From positions 434,001 to 498,000 of the forward strand of contig MCFH01000007.1 in the NCBI GenBank assembly GCA_002104945.1: a stretch of DNA of 64,000 nucleotides. The letters are read 5' to 3'. The position numbers were made by a program, and so were the translations under genes. Below the pieces are notes generated by a model that was not told the origin of the DNA, ran no database searches, and was given only the letters and a program-made list of their open reading frames with translations. Positions 25,025-38,100 of this stretch are shown one piece after another. The stretch is from Piromyces finnis finn. Its lineage: Eukaryota; Fungi; Neocallimastigomycota. How positions within the stretch are numbered: the first letter of the stretch is position 1; each line of letters opens with the position of its first letter.

Positions 25025-25952
25025 AAATACCACATATAAATAGTAAAAGAAGCCATTAGAGTGATTTCATATTAAATAATAAAAAGCAATTTATTTATTT
25101 ATGTAACATATTAAGAGAGCAATGGGTGATAATTTTTTTTTATACAAAGAGTAGTACACTTTAGAAAAATGATAAAAAAAAAAGTATATATATTAGTTTT
25201 TTTAAGGAAACAGAATATAAAAAATAATAATATTTTTTATGTAGTTCATTATTAGTGATTAAGATGTAAATAATTTTATTTTAATCTTTTTTTTTTTTCT
25301 TTATTTTTCACTAGAAGTTATTAGCGTTTTATAATAATAAATTTAAATCAACTACCCCTAACCAACCAACTAACCAACCAAAAAAAATAATAACAACTAA
25401 AAAAAAAAAAAAAAAAAACACACCAAAATTTAAAATTTTAATTTTATTTATTTTTTTTTTTTTAAAAGTAATCCATCCCACATTAATTAAAGATAATACT
25501 GATAAATATATATATATATATATATAATAAATGAATAAAAAAGAAAGAAAAAATAAAGAATAAAATAATATTAAAAAAAAAAAAGTTAAAACCTTTTAGT
25601 ATATCCTTACACCTTTTGATAAAAAAAAAAGTATACAACTTTAGGAAATTCTTTTAAAAACACCAATTTCATATAGTATATATTTTTATTATTAGTTTTA
25701 TTAATTTTTTTTTTTCTTTATTGAAATTGAGAAGATAAATTATTTCAATTTTTTGAATACTACTATGTATATATATAAAATGAAACTTTTTTTTAAAATA
25801 GAATAAGAAAATCTATTTTTTTTTCTTTGTAATATGTTTTTAATAGTTAAAGATACTTTTCTTCTTCTTTTTTTTTAATCGTTAAGGATTGTATATATAT
25901 ATAAACAAAAAATATATAGAAAATAAAGAAGTCTACTTTTTTTTTAATCTAT

Positions 25953-27738
25953 CTATTTTTTTGGAATAGCTTTAATTAAGGCTTGACATAATTCATTAGC
26001 ACTCATTGCTGTACCAGCCTAAGATAATTGTTTGAAAAAAAAAAAATATTATATGTATAAAATGTTGGAATAAGGATTAAATCATTATTATGAATGCATT
26101 TATTTGTAAGGTTTTGTAATACCGATATTATTACCTTTATAAGATATTTTTTAATAGTTTTTGAATCGGCAATAGCTGCAAATGAAATGTATTTTTCTTG
26201 AATGACATTAAATTTCATTCCTGGAAGTATTCTTTCATTTAAAATAACTCTTAAAATACCTTCAGATCTCATAACTACATTCCCATATACAAATACATAT
26301 AAATATATTTAAAAAAGTTATACATTTCAATGTTAATATAACCAACCACAGGATAAAATTTCATTAAATTATTATTATTATTATTATTATATATATATGT
26401 ATATAAAAGTATATATTTAATTTACCTAATCTAACTTTAGAATTATCTTCTTTATTTCTATTGATTTTTAACATTCCAATTCCTCTTTCCTTCCATGAAT
26501 TATTTTCATCTTCATATAATTTTGCTCTAACAAAGTGAATACATTCTTCATCTTCTTCACCAGTTTTGGCTAATAATTAAAAAATTATATATACAAATAT
26601 ATATATATATATATAAAATTAATGAAATTTAATTCTTTTCAAGAATTTTGATTGATTCAATTATTATTGTTTTTGTGTAATGAAATTGTTTTTTAAATTT
26701 ATTATTCAATTCAAATTCATCTTAAAAAAAAACTTGTCATTATAATTTATAATAATAATTATATATATATATATATATATTTTTTTTTTTTTGAAAATTC
26801 TTACTATCTGTTTGTTCTTTAAATTGTGAATTCTTGTCATCAGTCTTTTCTTCTTTCTTTTTATCAAAAGGTTTTCCTTCACTTAATAATGATTCAAATG
26901 ATGTATTGTTATTGGTAGATTTTCCGAATGAAGAGAAAGAACTTTTTTCAGTACTTAAACTACCGAAAGGACTTTTATATGAAGCAAATGAAGCAAATGA
27001 AACATTTGATGACTTTTTTTTAATATTTTATATTTTAAATATTCAATGATTATTTGTAAAAATAATTTTTATATTTTAAACTTAATAATTGTATATGAAA
27101 TAGTGATATATATATATCTATGGACATATCTATATTATTTTAAAACCTTATATATATTGTATTAACTTACAGATGAACCAAAAACGCTCTTTTTTGGAGA
27201 TGAACTAGTAGTTTTTTCGTCTGCTTTGTCTTCCTTATCTACCTTTTGTTTTTTAGTTTCTGGTTCTTTTTCATCTTTATCTTCTTTTTTATCTTCCTTT
27301 TTTTCCTTGGATTCTTCTTCCTTTTTTTCAGTAGTTTCATTTTTACTTTCTACTACTTTATCTTTAACTTCAGTTTCAGATTCCTATTATATATATTCAT
27401 TACACAATATATTAAAATAAAACATTTGTTATTACCATTATAATTTTTCAATTGAATTTCTTTTTATTAAAAAAATCGGGTTGAATTCTGAATTGAAGAA
27501 TGTCAATTTATTTAAATAATTGTATATATATATCAATTGGTTACATTTTTCTTTGAATCATCTTCTGATTCTCTTTCTCTTTTTTCACCTTTAAAAAATA
27601 AATTAAAATTTATATATTAAAAAAAACATAAATAAATTATTATAAATTTGTTATTATCATTATTAATATTTATATTTAAACAGTATCTATTGAATTAAGA
27701 TAATTAATATTAAATATTTTACCAGCTACAGGTTTCAT
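25953..27738 (-). CDS. RanBP3/Yrb2-like Ran-binding-domain protein
   Basis: Spliced: N-terminal GEKRERE NLS-like motif, E/K-rich region, SF/FG repeats and a Ran-binding domain TGEEDEEC...RAKLY...WKERGIGMLKIN...RLVMRSEGILRVILN. Confidence 0.85.
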
Positions 27739-28445
27739 TTTTATTATTCTAAAATTTACAAAATAAAATAAAAAAAAAAATTATAAAATAAAATTTTTAT
27801 ATCTTTTTTTTTTGTCAATCAGAAAATTTTTAAATGGATAATTTCATACATCTCATATAATAATTAATTAAATTTATTAATTAAAAAATTTTTTGGGAGA
27901 AGGTACTTTACCAAAAAAAAAAAAAAGAAGTAAAATAAATCAAAGGACAGTTTTTTTTTTTTAAATAAAAAAAGTGAATTCTTTTTAAAGTTAAATGAAA
28001 TTATATTATTAGTATTATTAATTTTATTAATTATTATTTTCATTTATAAACATTGAAATATAATAGTTTTTAGGTATAGAAAAAATAAGTAAACAATCAA
28101 AGTATATTAATTATATTATCTAATGTATTTTGAGTAGTGATGAAACAATAGAAAAAAAAAAAAGTAAATAGTTAAAAGATTATTAAACTTATTAAATGTC
28201 AAAAAAAAAAAAAAAAAAAAAATAAAAAATAAAAAAATACAATTAATATATATAAATGTACATAATATTAATTTACACAATTAATATTATATTTATATAA
28301 AATTATCCTTACAGTAAATATACTAAATTATTATCTTTTTCATTTTTTTAAAAAGATAAAATAAAATAAAATGAATAGAAATAAGTATTATTGAGTATTA
28401 TATTATATAAAAAATAACTAATTTTGATACTATTTTTTAAATTAT

Positions 28446-31133
28446 TTAACTATTGATAGAGCAAGTTTGTTGCGTAAATTCATCAATTCTTGAAAGCAAT
28501 ATTTCTGAATATCCTGGAGAATAATATTTTACAATTTCTTCTGGATAACATTTATTAATAAGCATGATATTTTCGGCTAATTTAGAGTAATAAGACGAAT
28601 TATTAACTTCCTTCGATATGTATTTCTGTAATATCTCTTGTAATGTTTTCAGTGAACCAGAGGTAACAAAATCTCTACGTAATGTAACATCATTTGGAAT
28701 AATTTTAGTTAATTGTTCTACGGTTGGTTTTAATATTGATATTGGTGTATCTAATGATAATAATGGTTCTAAACTCTTTAAGTCTAATGTGTTTTCTATG
28801 ATCCATTTTAACGTTTTTTTAATCTATGTGTATTTATACATACATATATTTATTCATATACATATTATATATTTAATGTTAATTATATGAAATAAATTAA
28901 ATAAAGAAATAAATAAAATTTTATTATATATATATGATTTAATTGATGCTTCATAAATTACTTTTGATTTCAAGTCTAAAAATTCTTCTTTGTCGTCTGG
29001 GAAGCTTTGTAAAAGTTTTAATAATAGTTGTAATACCCCATGATCGGTTAAGATTTTTGCGTGCTCAGGACTATGCCTTCCCATTTGACCTAATGTCCAA
29101 ACACATGCAGACTATAATATTATTAATTATATTATTATTATTTGAAAGATAAATATATATAAATATATATATATATATCAATTAGTATTATTATTATTTT
29201 TTATATTGAAGGAGAGGTATAAATTAATAATAATAATAATATATATATGTATATTTTTTTCTTGATAAAAGTTTCTACTTACCAAAACACTTTCATCAGT
29301 TACTTTTTCATCAATTAAAGTTTTTAATAATATTGGAATCGGTTTTGCAAGTAAAACAGAAAATGCAAGGGTATTTGAAAATACACTTATATAACCCAGT
29401 GTCATGATACCTGGAAGTTTTGCTGTTCCTTTTGCACTATCTATATAGTCGATAATTGCTGAAATGCCTCCTGCATTAACAATAATTTGTGCCAGCTATA
29501 ATTATTAAAAGTGTTACAGAAATTAAATATATAGTGGAAAATGTAATAATAAAAATAAATAAGAAAGAAAATAAATAAATATATATGTATATTTGATATA
29601 TTTGATATTATTATAGTTTATTAATTTATTAATTATTTAATGTAATAATTAGAAAAACAATTTTTCTTTTTTTCCTTACATCTACGGAATGTTTCGAAAT
29701 TTCACATACTAATGATGCGGCATTCTTTCGAACATATATATCATTATTCTTTAAACAATATAATACTCTTGGGAAGATTTCTCTATCAACAACCTCTTCA
29801 GCTAAAGTTATATTATGCTTGGCAACTTGACATAAACAAGAACATACTTGTCTAAGTAATTTTGGATCAGAATTATGAATTAATTGTGCCAAGAAGAATA
29901 ATGCGTTTGTATCTACAATATTATGAGCAAGCTTAATAAATTTTTAGTTTTTTAATTTTTTTTATTTTTTTTTTTTTTGTATTTTGATTTTTTTTAATAG
30001 TTAATATATAATAATAGAGAATATTGAATATTTTATTTATTATAAAGTTTGTATATTAATATTAATGAATATTTAAACTAAATATAAATTAAAAAAAAAA
30101 TAATTTATTATCATATACCTCTGATGAATGTTTGGCAATATCGCTTAATGCTGAAATGGATATTTTTCTTAAAGAAAGTTCCGGTTCTTGAACACAAAGA
30201 ATAAGTAATGGTAATGCTCCAGCATCAACGACAGCTTTTGCTAAGTCTTTTTTTTTGAAATATATATATATATATATTAATAATTATATTATACTTATTT
30301 AATATGTATGTAATTTTTTAAAAAAAATAAAGATAAATGATTATATATATATAATTCATTAAAAAAAATTACCTTCATTGTGTTTAGCTATATATCCAAG
30401 TGCCCATGCTGCTGATTCTTTAACTCCTGGATCGAATTCTTCTAAACATTGTACTAATGAAACTAATGCACCAGATTCTACAACACTATTTGCTAATTTT
30501 ACTGAATGTTTTGCTACAGCTAAATTGTTATTATTTTCAAAATAGTAGTTTTTTTTATTATTTATTATCATTTCATTAAATATAGGATTAAATTTTTAAT
30601 TATTTTTGTTTTTAAAAAAATGAAAAATTTATAAATTATTATAATTATTATAATTACTTCTTATAACAAATGCTGCTGCTGTTTTATAAAACCTCTATAA
30701 AAACAGTAATAATAATAAATGTTGTATAACATATAATATAATGAAAATATCAATAATTGTATTTTTAATAAATTATAATTTATAGATTCTTTTTTTTTAT
30801 TTTTTAAGTAAAATATGAAAATGTCACTATATTATGTACATTTTGATTCTTTAACGAAAAAATAAGATGAGGTAAAATATCAGAATCCACTACTGCTTCT
30901 GCTAATTCTTCACTATAATTAGCTAATCTTCCAATAGCCAATGCTGCTGCTTGTTGGATTGCTGGTACATTATCTAATAATAATGGTCTTAGTAATGGTA
31001 AAACATTATGAGATTGTAAAGTACTAACATAAGTTTCACGTTGAGCTAATTCAGCAATTGTTTGAGCAAAGGATAATCTTTCTTTTTGATATTTATCTAA
31101 AGTATTGGATACAATTCTATTTATTGCTAACAT
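28446..31133 (-). CDS. SPAG6: Sperm-associated antigen 6 / PF16, armadillo-repeat central-pair protein
   Basis: YQKERLSFAQTIAELA, LLRPLLLDNVPAIQQAAALAIGRLANY, LEEFDPGVKESAAWALGYIAKH and C-terminal YYSPGYSEILLSRIDEF; 8 exons traced. Confidence 0.95.
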
Positions 31134-31496
31134 TATTTTTCTTCTTTAAAATATTATATAGGTATTTTTTTTCTTTCTTTTGTTCTTTTTTTTTTTTTTT
31201 TTTTTTTTTTTCCTTATAGCAGAGGTTTAGAGATATATAAATATTTTGATGGGATAAAATTTTTTTTTTTTTATAATTTTCAATTCATAGTATTTTTTTT
31301 AATTATACTAGAGCTTTTTTTTTTATATTCTTTGATAATAATTTCTTTTTTCTTTCTTTCTTTCTCTTCTTTTTATTTTTTTTATCTTTAAAATAACTAT
31401 AATTTTATGATTTATTAAAATTTGTTAACTTTGGTTTTAAAATATTTTATCAAAAAAAAATATATATTAATTATACTTATTTCGATAGCCATCTAC

Positions 31497-31506
31497 ATTG
31501 GCCAAT
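31497..31506. promoter_or_regulatory. Palindromic double CCAAT box (ATTGGCCAAT) in the divergent SPAG6/BBS4 intergenic region
   Basis: A GC-containing palindrome close to the midpoint (about 31534) between the two start codons. Function is inferred only. Confidence 0.4.
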
Positions 31507-31934
31507 ATAAAAATATGTTTAATTTTTTATAATCCTTTCAAATAGAAAAAAATAAAAACAATCATAATTTTAACAATTAAGATTTTTTAAATTTTAATCT
31601 TAATAAGAGATTATAAAATATAAAATTATACCTCTGTTATTTATTATTGAACTTTATTTTATGGAATAAATTCAAAAGATTATAAATGAAAAACTCTATG
31701 TAATTTTAAAAGTTTATTTTCTTTTGAGAAATGTTGAAAGATTTTTAATTTGAAAAAATATTAAAAAAATGAAAAAGTTTAAAAATTGTACAGTAAATTT
31801 CTGTAGAAGATAATAAAAATAAAAAATTAAAAAAAAAGGATAATATAATTAAAATAATAGTTTTATTTTTTTTATAGAATATTTAATTAATAAAGAATAA
31901 CTAAATATATTTAAATAATCACACACAAAAAAAA

Positions 31935-34673
31935 ATGAGTGTACCGAGTGATTATTTAAAAAGTTCATCAATTAATTCAGAATTTAATTTAGATATTTCT
32001 GATGATGAAGGTGAATATTTGAATATTTATATATAAAAGGAAAAAAAAAAAAAGGTCAATTCTTATTTTTATTGTAATATACTAATATTCTAACTCTAAT
32101 CAACGCCATAAAATAGATATAATTATAAATAAACCAGCATTAAAAGTATCAACAACGAAATGTCCTTCAGAGGCATGGAAAAATCAATTATGGCATTTAT
32201 ATCATTTATATGTTACAAAACAACATCAAGAATGTTTGGTATTACTATGAATATATATTATTTAGTATAATTTGAGATTTTTTTTAACTCATATCAATTA
32301 TACTATTTAATTCATTTTATATAAAGGATATTATAGAAGAAATTTTAAAAGCAACAAATAATCACAGTGTATATCCACTTTACCTAAAAGGTAACAAATA
32401 TAATTGACATTAAAGGAAAAAAAAATTAATTCATAAATACATAAAGAAAGAAAGAAAAAAAAAACTAAATTTATTCCTATGAAATAATAGCTTTAATATT
32501 AAGATATAATGGGGAAATAGAAGAATCATTAGAAATACTAAGGATGGTTGAACAATTGGATCCAACAAATATCATAAATATTAAACAAATTGGAAGATCA
32601 TTGTAAATTATTTAAAAATCATAAAAATTATGGATTGTAAAAAAGAAAGGAAATATTTTTAATATATTTATATTTTAAATTTAGGTTTTTACTTGGAAAA
32701 CATAGAGCAGCAATAGAAGTCTATGATGATGCATTAAGATTAGCAGGAAAGGATTGGGTATTTTATTAAAGAAGTTTTAATACTTTTTTTTAAAATTTAT
32801 GTTATATATATATATGTATTATATTTTGCTATTCTATCATTATTTACTTTTATAAAATAAAAAAAATTAAAAGGAAATATATCATAATAGAGGAATATGC
32901 TTTATGTATTTAAAAGATTATAGAAAGGTTAAATGAATAAATAAATTAATAATATACTTATTTATATATAAACAATAATTAACAAATATATAAATGTACA
33001 AGTAGTAATTAAATATTATATTCAATTCTTCTTTTAAATATATATATATTTTAAAAAAATAAAATCATTTTAATAAAATAATAGGCAATAGAAAGTTTTT
33101 ATAAAGCATTAGAAATTAATAACAATGATTCAACATATACTCATTTGGGAAAATTACTGGTTTTATGTGGGGAATATGAGGAGGCTATAGCGTTATATGA
33201 ACAAGCAATAACGTATGAATTAATAATTACATGATTTAAATATTATAATACAGCACCAAAAAAAAAAAAAATATAGCATTTCATTATTAACAAGTATTTT
33301 AAATTGAAAAATGATAAATATATTAACCTTACCTAATTATTAATAAAACTTATAAACGATATTTGATTTTATAGGATAAGTCCTGATAATGTAGATTTTT
33401 TAACTGTTCTTGGATTACTATATTTAAGGAAAGATGATTATCCTTGCGCTTTTAATTATATTGGAAGAGCTTTATCATATGATCAAACTAATATTAATGT
33501 AAATTTTATAATTTATTTTTCGTTAATATATATATTATTTTTAACTATAATTGTAACTATAATAGTTATATTTATTATTATTGCTATTGAATATAGTTTA
33601 TAATTTTGTATGACTTTATTAATATCCATTTAATTTTTTTTGATTTATAATAATATTTATAAAAAAAAATATATTTATTAATATATATAGGGTATCTTAG
33701 CGGCAGGTTCCATAATGCAAAATAATTATGAATTTGAAGGCGCATTAATGAAATATCGTATTGGGGCTGTATTAAATCCAGATTCTTTTGAATTATGGAA
33801 TAACATTGGTATGTGCTTTTTTGGAAAGAATAAAATTATTGCTGTAAGTTTTTTTTTAATTTCTAATAATTACCTTAATAGCTTGAAATTTATTAATAAC
33901 GGCGTATATATATTTAATAGGCTATATCCTGTTTAAAAAAAGCATTATACCTTGCACCTAATGAATGGAAAATATCATATAATCTAGGCTTAGTCCATTT
34001 AAAACATGAACAGTATGCATTAAGATGTCTATAATATAATTCTTTTTTTTATTAAATTTTATTAAATATTATTATTATTATTATTATTGTTGTTGTTATT
34101 ATTAATTATTATTATTAATTATTATTATTATTGTTATTATTATTAATTACTACTACTACTACTACTATTACTATTACTATGTGTAGATATGTATCAGCTT
34201 TTAGATTTTTTACTTCGGCTACTAATTTATATCCAAAATATTCAGATACATATATATGGTTGGGTGTAACTTTAAATAAACTTGGTGATTTTGAAAATTC
34301 AAAAATAGCATTTCATAAAGGACTTGATATAAATAGGTAAATTTATTTTAAATATATATATATATATATATAATATAATATTAATATTACTTTTAAATTC
34401 ATTATTTAACCTTATTATGTTTAATTTACATTTTTATACTTTAAATTACTGATCTTTAATATTAATAATTTTTAAAGTTTGAATATTATTGGATATATAA
34501 ATTTTGCAGTAGTTTTAAGCGAACATTGCTGCCATGAAGATGCAAAGTTAAACTTATTTAGATTTAAAGAATTATATTATCAAATTCCTGAAGAAGAAAG
34601 AGAAGACTTAGATTTAATAGAAATGAAAGAAATTGCAATAGCTCTAGGGAAAAAATATAACATAACAATTTAA
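31935..34673 (+). CDS. BBS4: BBSome subunit BBS4 (TPR repeats)
   Basis: Spliced: [83 protein letters not shown]. Confidence 0.93.
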
Positions 34674-35119
34674 TTCTATTTTACCTATAGAAATTTTCAT
34701 TAATAGTTTAAAACTCTTTTTTTTTTTATTTTTCCATGAAAGTATATCTTATGTATGCGATTACTTTTGTTAAATCAATATTAATATGTGTCAATTTAAT
34801 TTATTTTAATAAAAACTATTCTATTACTATTTGAAAAACATGCTTTTTTTTTTTTATAAATTAATTTTAATTATAGATTAATCGGAATATTAATGTTTAA
34901 TATTAATTAAACTTTTTATTTTACATTTTCCTTTTTTAACAATGTAAAAAAAAAAAAAAAAATTATCAAAATTAAATATATCATTTAATTTTTTTTTTTT
35001 AATTTTTAGTTTTGAATTTATTTTTGAATTTATTATTACTTTGAATATTAAAAGATATATATTAAAATTAAATAAATTGGTTATTATATATAATAATATA
35101 ACATCTTATTGTATTATTA

Positions 35120-38100
35120 ATGTTTATAACAAATGTTGAAAGACCTTCAGAACAAAAATATACTATTCATCGAAGTTTAGATCTTAAGATTTCTGAAGTT
35201 AAAAATGTATTTTCAGGAGAAAAGCAACAAAGTAAATTATCATCATTTATACAATTTATACACTTTATACAATTATAATTATTAATTATTATTGATATTA
35301 ATTAATGGATTGGAAAAAATATTAATTAATAAATTATTATTACCTTTTATTATTTAATGTATCAATTTATATTTTATTTTCTTAAATAAAAATATTTAAA
35401 GATACATATTGTACAGTTCATATTAATGATGATGAAGTAAAAAGAACCCCAACTGTATATAACAGTACTTCACCTATTTTTTCAGAACGTAAAAACTTAT
35501 TTTTTTTTATTTTTCCATTAATATATATAGTAAACTATTTATTTTATTTTAAATTAACTTTTAAAAAAAATTCGATATATATATACTTTTTTTTTTCTTC
35601 CACTATTATATAAATCATTTATTTTGATTTTGCAAAATTCAATAATGTTGTATAAAAAGATTTTGAATTTAGTCCATTAGATCCACATTTTCAACAACTT
35701 AAAATTATTGTTTGGTCAGATATTACGGAAAAAAATAAGCAAAATTTAGATGATGATGATAATAATGACTCTCTTTCAATATCTGTATTGAATACATTAA
35801 ATGGTGATAAAGCAATTGGTCAAATTATATTTCCATTGACATTTTTAAAATCAGGAGCTTTCCAAAAAGAACAATGGTTTGTTTTACAACCAACTTTCGA
35901 TACTATTAATAAATATAATGTAACTGGTGATATTAGAATTGACGTTAATCATACCTTGAATCCAGATAAAACCCATAGATTTGAAATTAACAGTAAAATT
36001 ATTAAATTGAAGTCTAAATTTTAATTTATAAAAATTCAATAATAATCTATGATCTTCTTTATTCATATCTATTTTCTATTTATTAATATAAATTTAAAGT
36101 TAAGCAAGCAAATGATTTAATTAGAGATAGCAATGGTAGTTTACCAGATCCATTTGTTGCATGTTATTTATTACCGGATATTGAAGGAAAAACAGCACAA
36201 TTAACAACTGTAAAAAAGAATACCATTAATCCAGTATTCAATTCTAATATTGTTTAGTAATTATTATACTTTGACATATATAAACCAAAAATTAATAATG
36301 ATGAAAATACTAAAAATGTAATTTTATATCAAATAAAAAAAATTTATTAGTAATGTTGAAAATGTGACTGAAAATCTTGAAATTAATGTATCCATATGGA
36401 ATTGGAACAAACTTTCAACAAATGGTTATTATTATTATTATTATAGAAATAAAAATAATTCATTGGAAATAAACAATATTTTTTTAATATGTTATTAAAA
36501 ATTATATTAAAATAATAGAATTCCTTGGTCATTGTTTTGTTTCACTTTCTGATATTCCTGTTAATAGTTCAGTCGATAAAAGATATCCATTATTATCAAA
36601 ACCAGGTAATTTATTAGTATTGAATCAATTTATTTCCTTGATTTTTGAAATTAATACATATATACTATTGGAAAAAAGCTCGTATATATCATTCATTAAA
36701 GAATAAAGGAAAAGGAACATTAAAATCAAGTATAATATAACATTAAAATATTATAATATTATTAAAAATATTACAAAATAAAGAAAATATATAATAATTA
36801 GAATAAAAAAATTTTTTTTAAAAATAATCAAAGAAAAAAGATTTACGATAGTTGATGGGGATACAAAAATTAATCATCGTCAATTTATTCAACGTTTACA
36901 AAGAAGTGATCAAAAAGGTATAGAATTTAAATAAAAAATTTAATGTTATTATTTTTTTAAAACAACAAATAATTGCTTTTTTATTAACAATATTACACAA
37001 TTACTATTAATAATGAATAGATAATGTACCAACTACAAAAAGATCCCATCGACTTTTAGATACAAAATTTTATTCCATTTCATTTTGTGGTCATTGTGGT
37101 GGAATAATATGGGTAACAAAAACGCATCTCAAATGTGGTAATTGGTATATAATAAATGAAAATATATAATATATATATCTATTAGTTATAATTTAAATAA
37201 TTTGTTAATGTTATCTATATTATATATCAACTTTTAAGTAATTTCTGTTGTCATCAACAATGTGCAAAATATGTATCTGATAATTGTGGTGGCGTTGGTA
37301 AATGCTTCAATAATTTAAATATTATAATAATTTAAATAGCATGAATAAAAATAATACTAATTTTATCTTTTTTTTTTTTTAATTTTTTAATAATATAAAA
37401 AATTAGTTACTATGTTATTGAGAATTACGTATAATGTAAATTTTTTTAAAAAGATACTTTTAATGATTATAATTAAAATAGCAATATACAAAATTGGGTA
37501 ATAATTTTGAATCAAAATCATTAATTACATATTAGGAAAGTTATGTATTACCGATTGAATTTTATAATTCGTTTTTGAATGTAAGCTAATTTTATACATA
37601 TTATGAAAAGATCGAAATAGATTTTCAATTTTTTTTAATATGCTATCTATTTAATATTTATAGATTATTAATGAAAATAGATATTATTTAATAGAATTAT
37701 TTGGGTATGTATTTCATTATATGTTGTTGTCCATGATAATAATAGTTATCCTTATTACATAATTTAATATGACACTGTTTTTCTGAATTTTATAATTTCT
37801 ACTTTTTAAAATAATAATTATATTAATAAAACAGTAAATTGAGTACGGAAAGAGAAGCAGCTGCACTTAGTTTAATTAAAATTCAATTAAAACATGATAA
37901 TTTATTTGATTGTTTGAAATCATTAATTGAAATTGAAGTTTCAGAAGCAGGTATTAAATATAGAATTGCTACATAGACATGATAAATATTGCTTTTTTAA
38001 GACTAATAAAAATAAATATTAAATATATGAATATTATAAATTTGAATTCAACTAAAAGAATCAAGTCAAACATTATTTAGAGCAAATTCAATGATTTCTA

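Noticed and set aside
25351-25380. CCCTAA followed by AACC repeats (telomere-like)
   Set aside because: Only one telomeric unit; an ordinary microsatellite.
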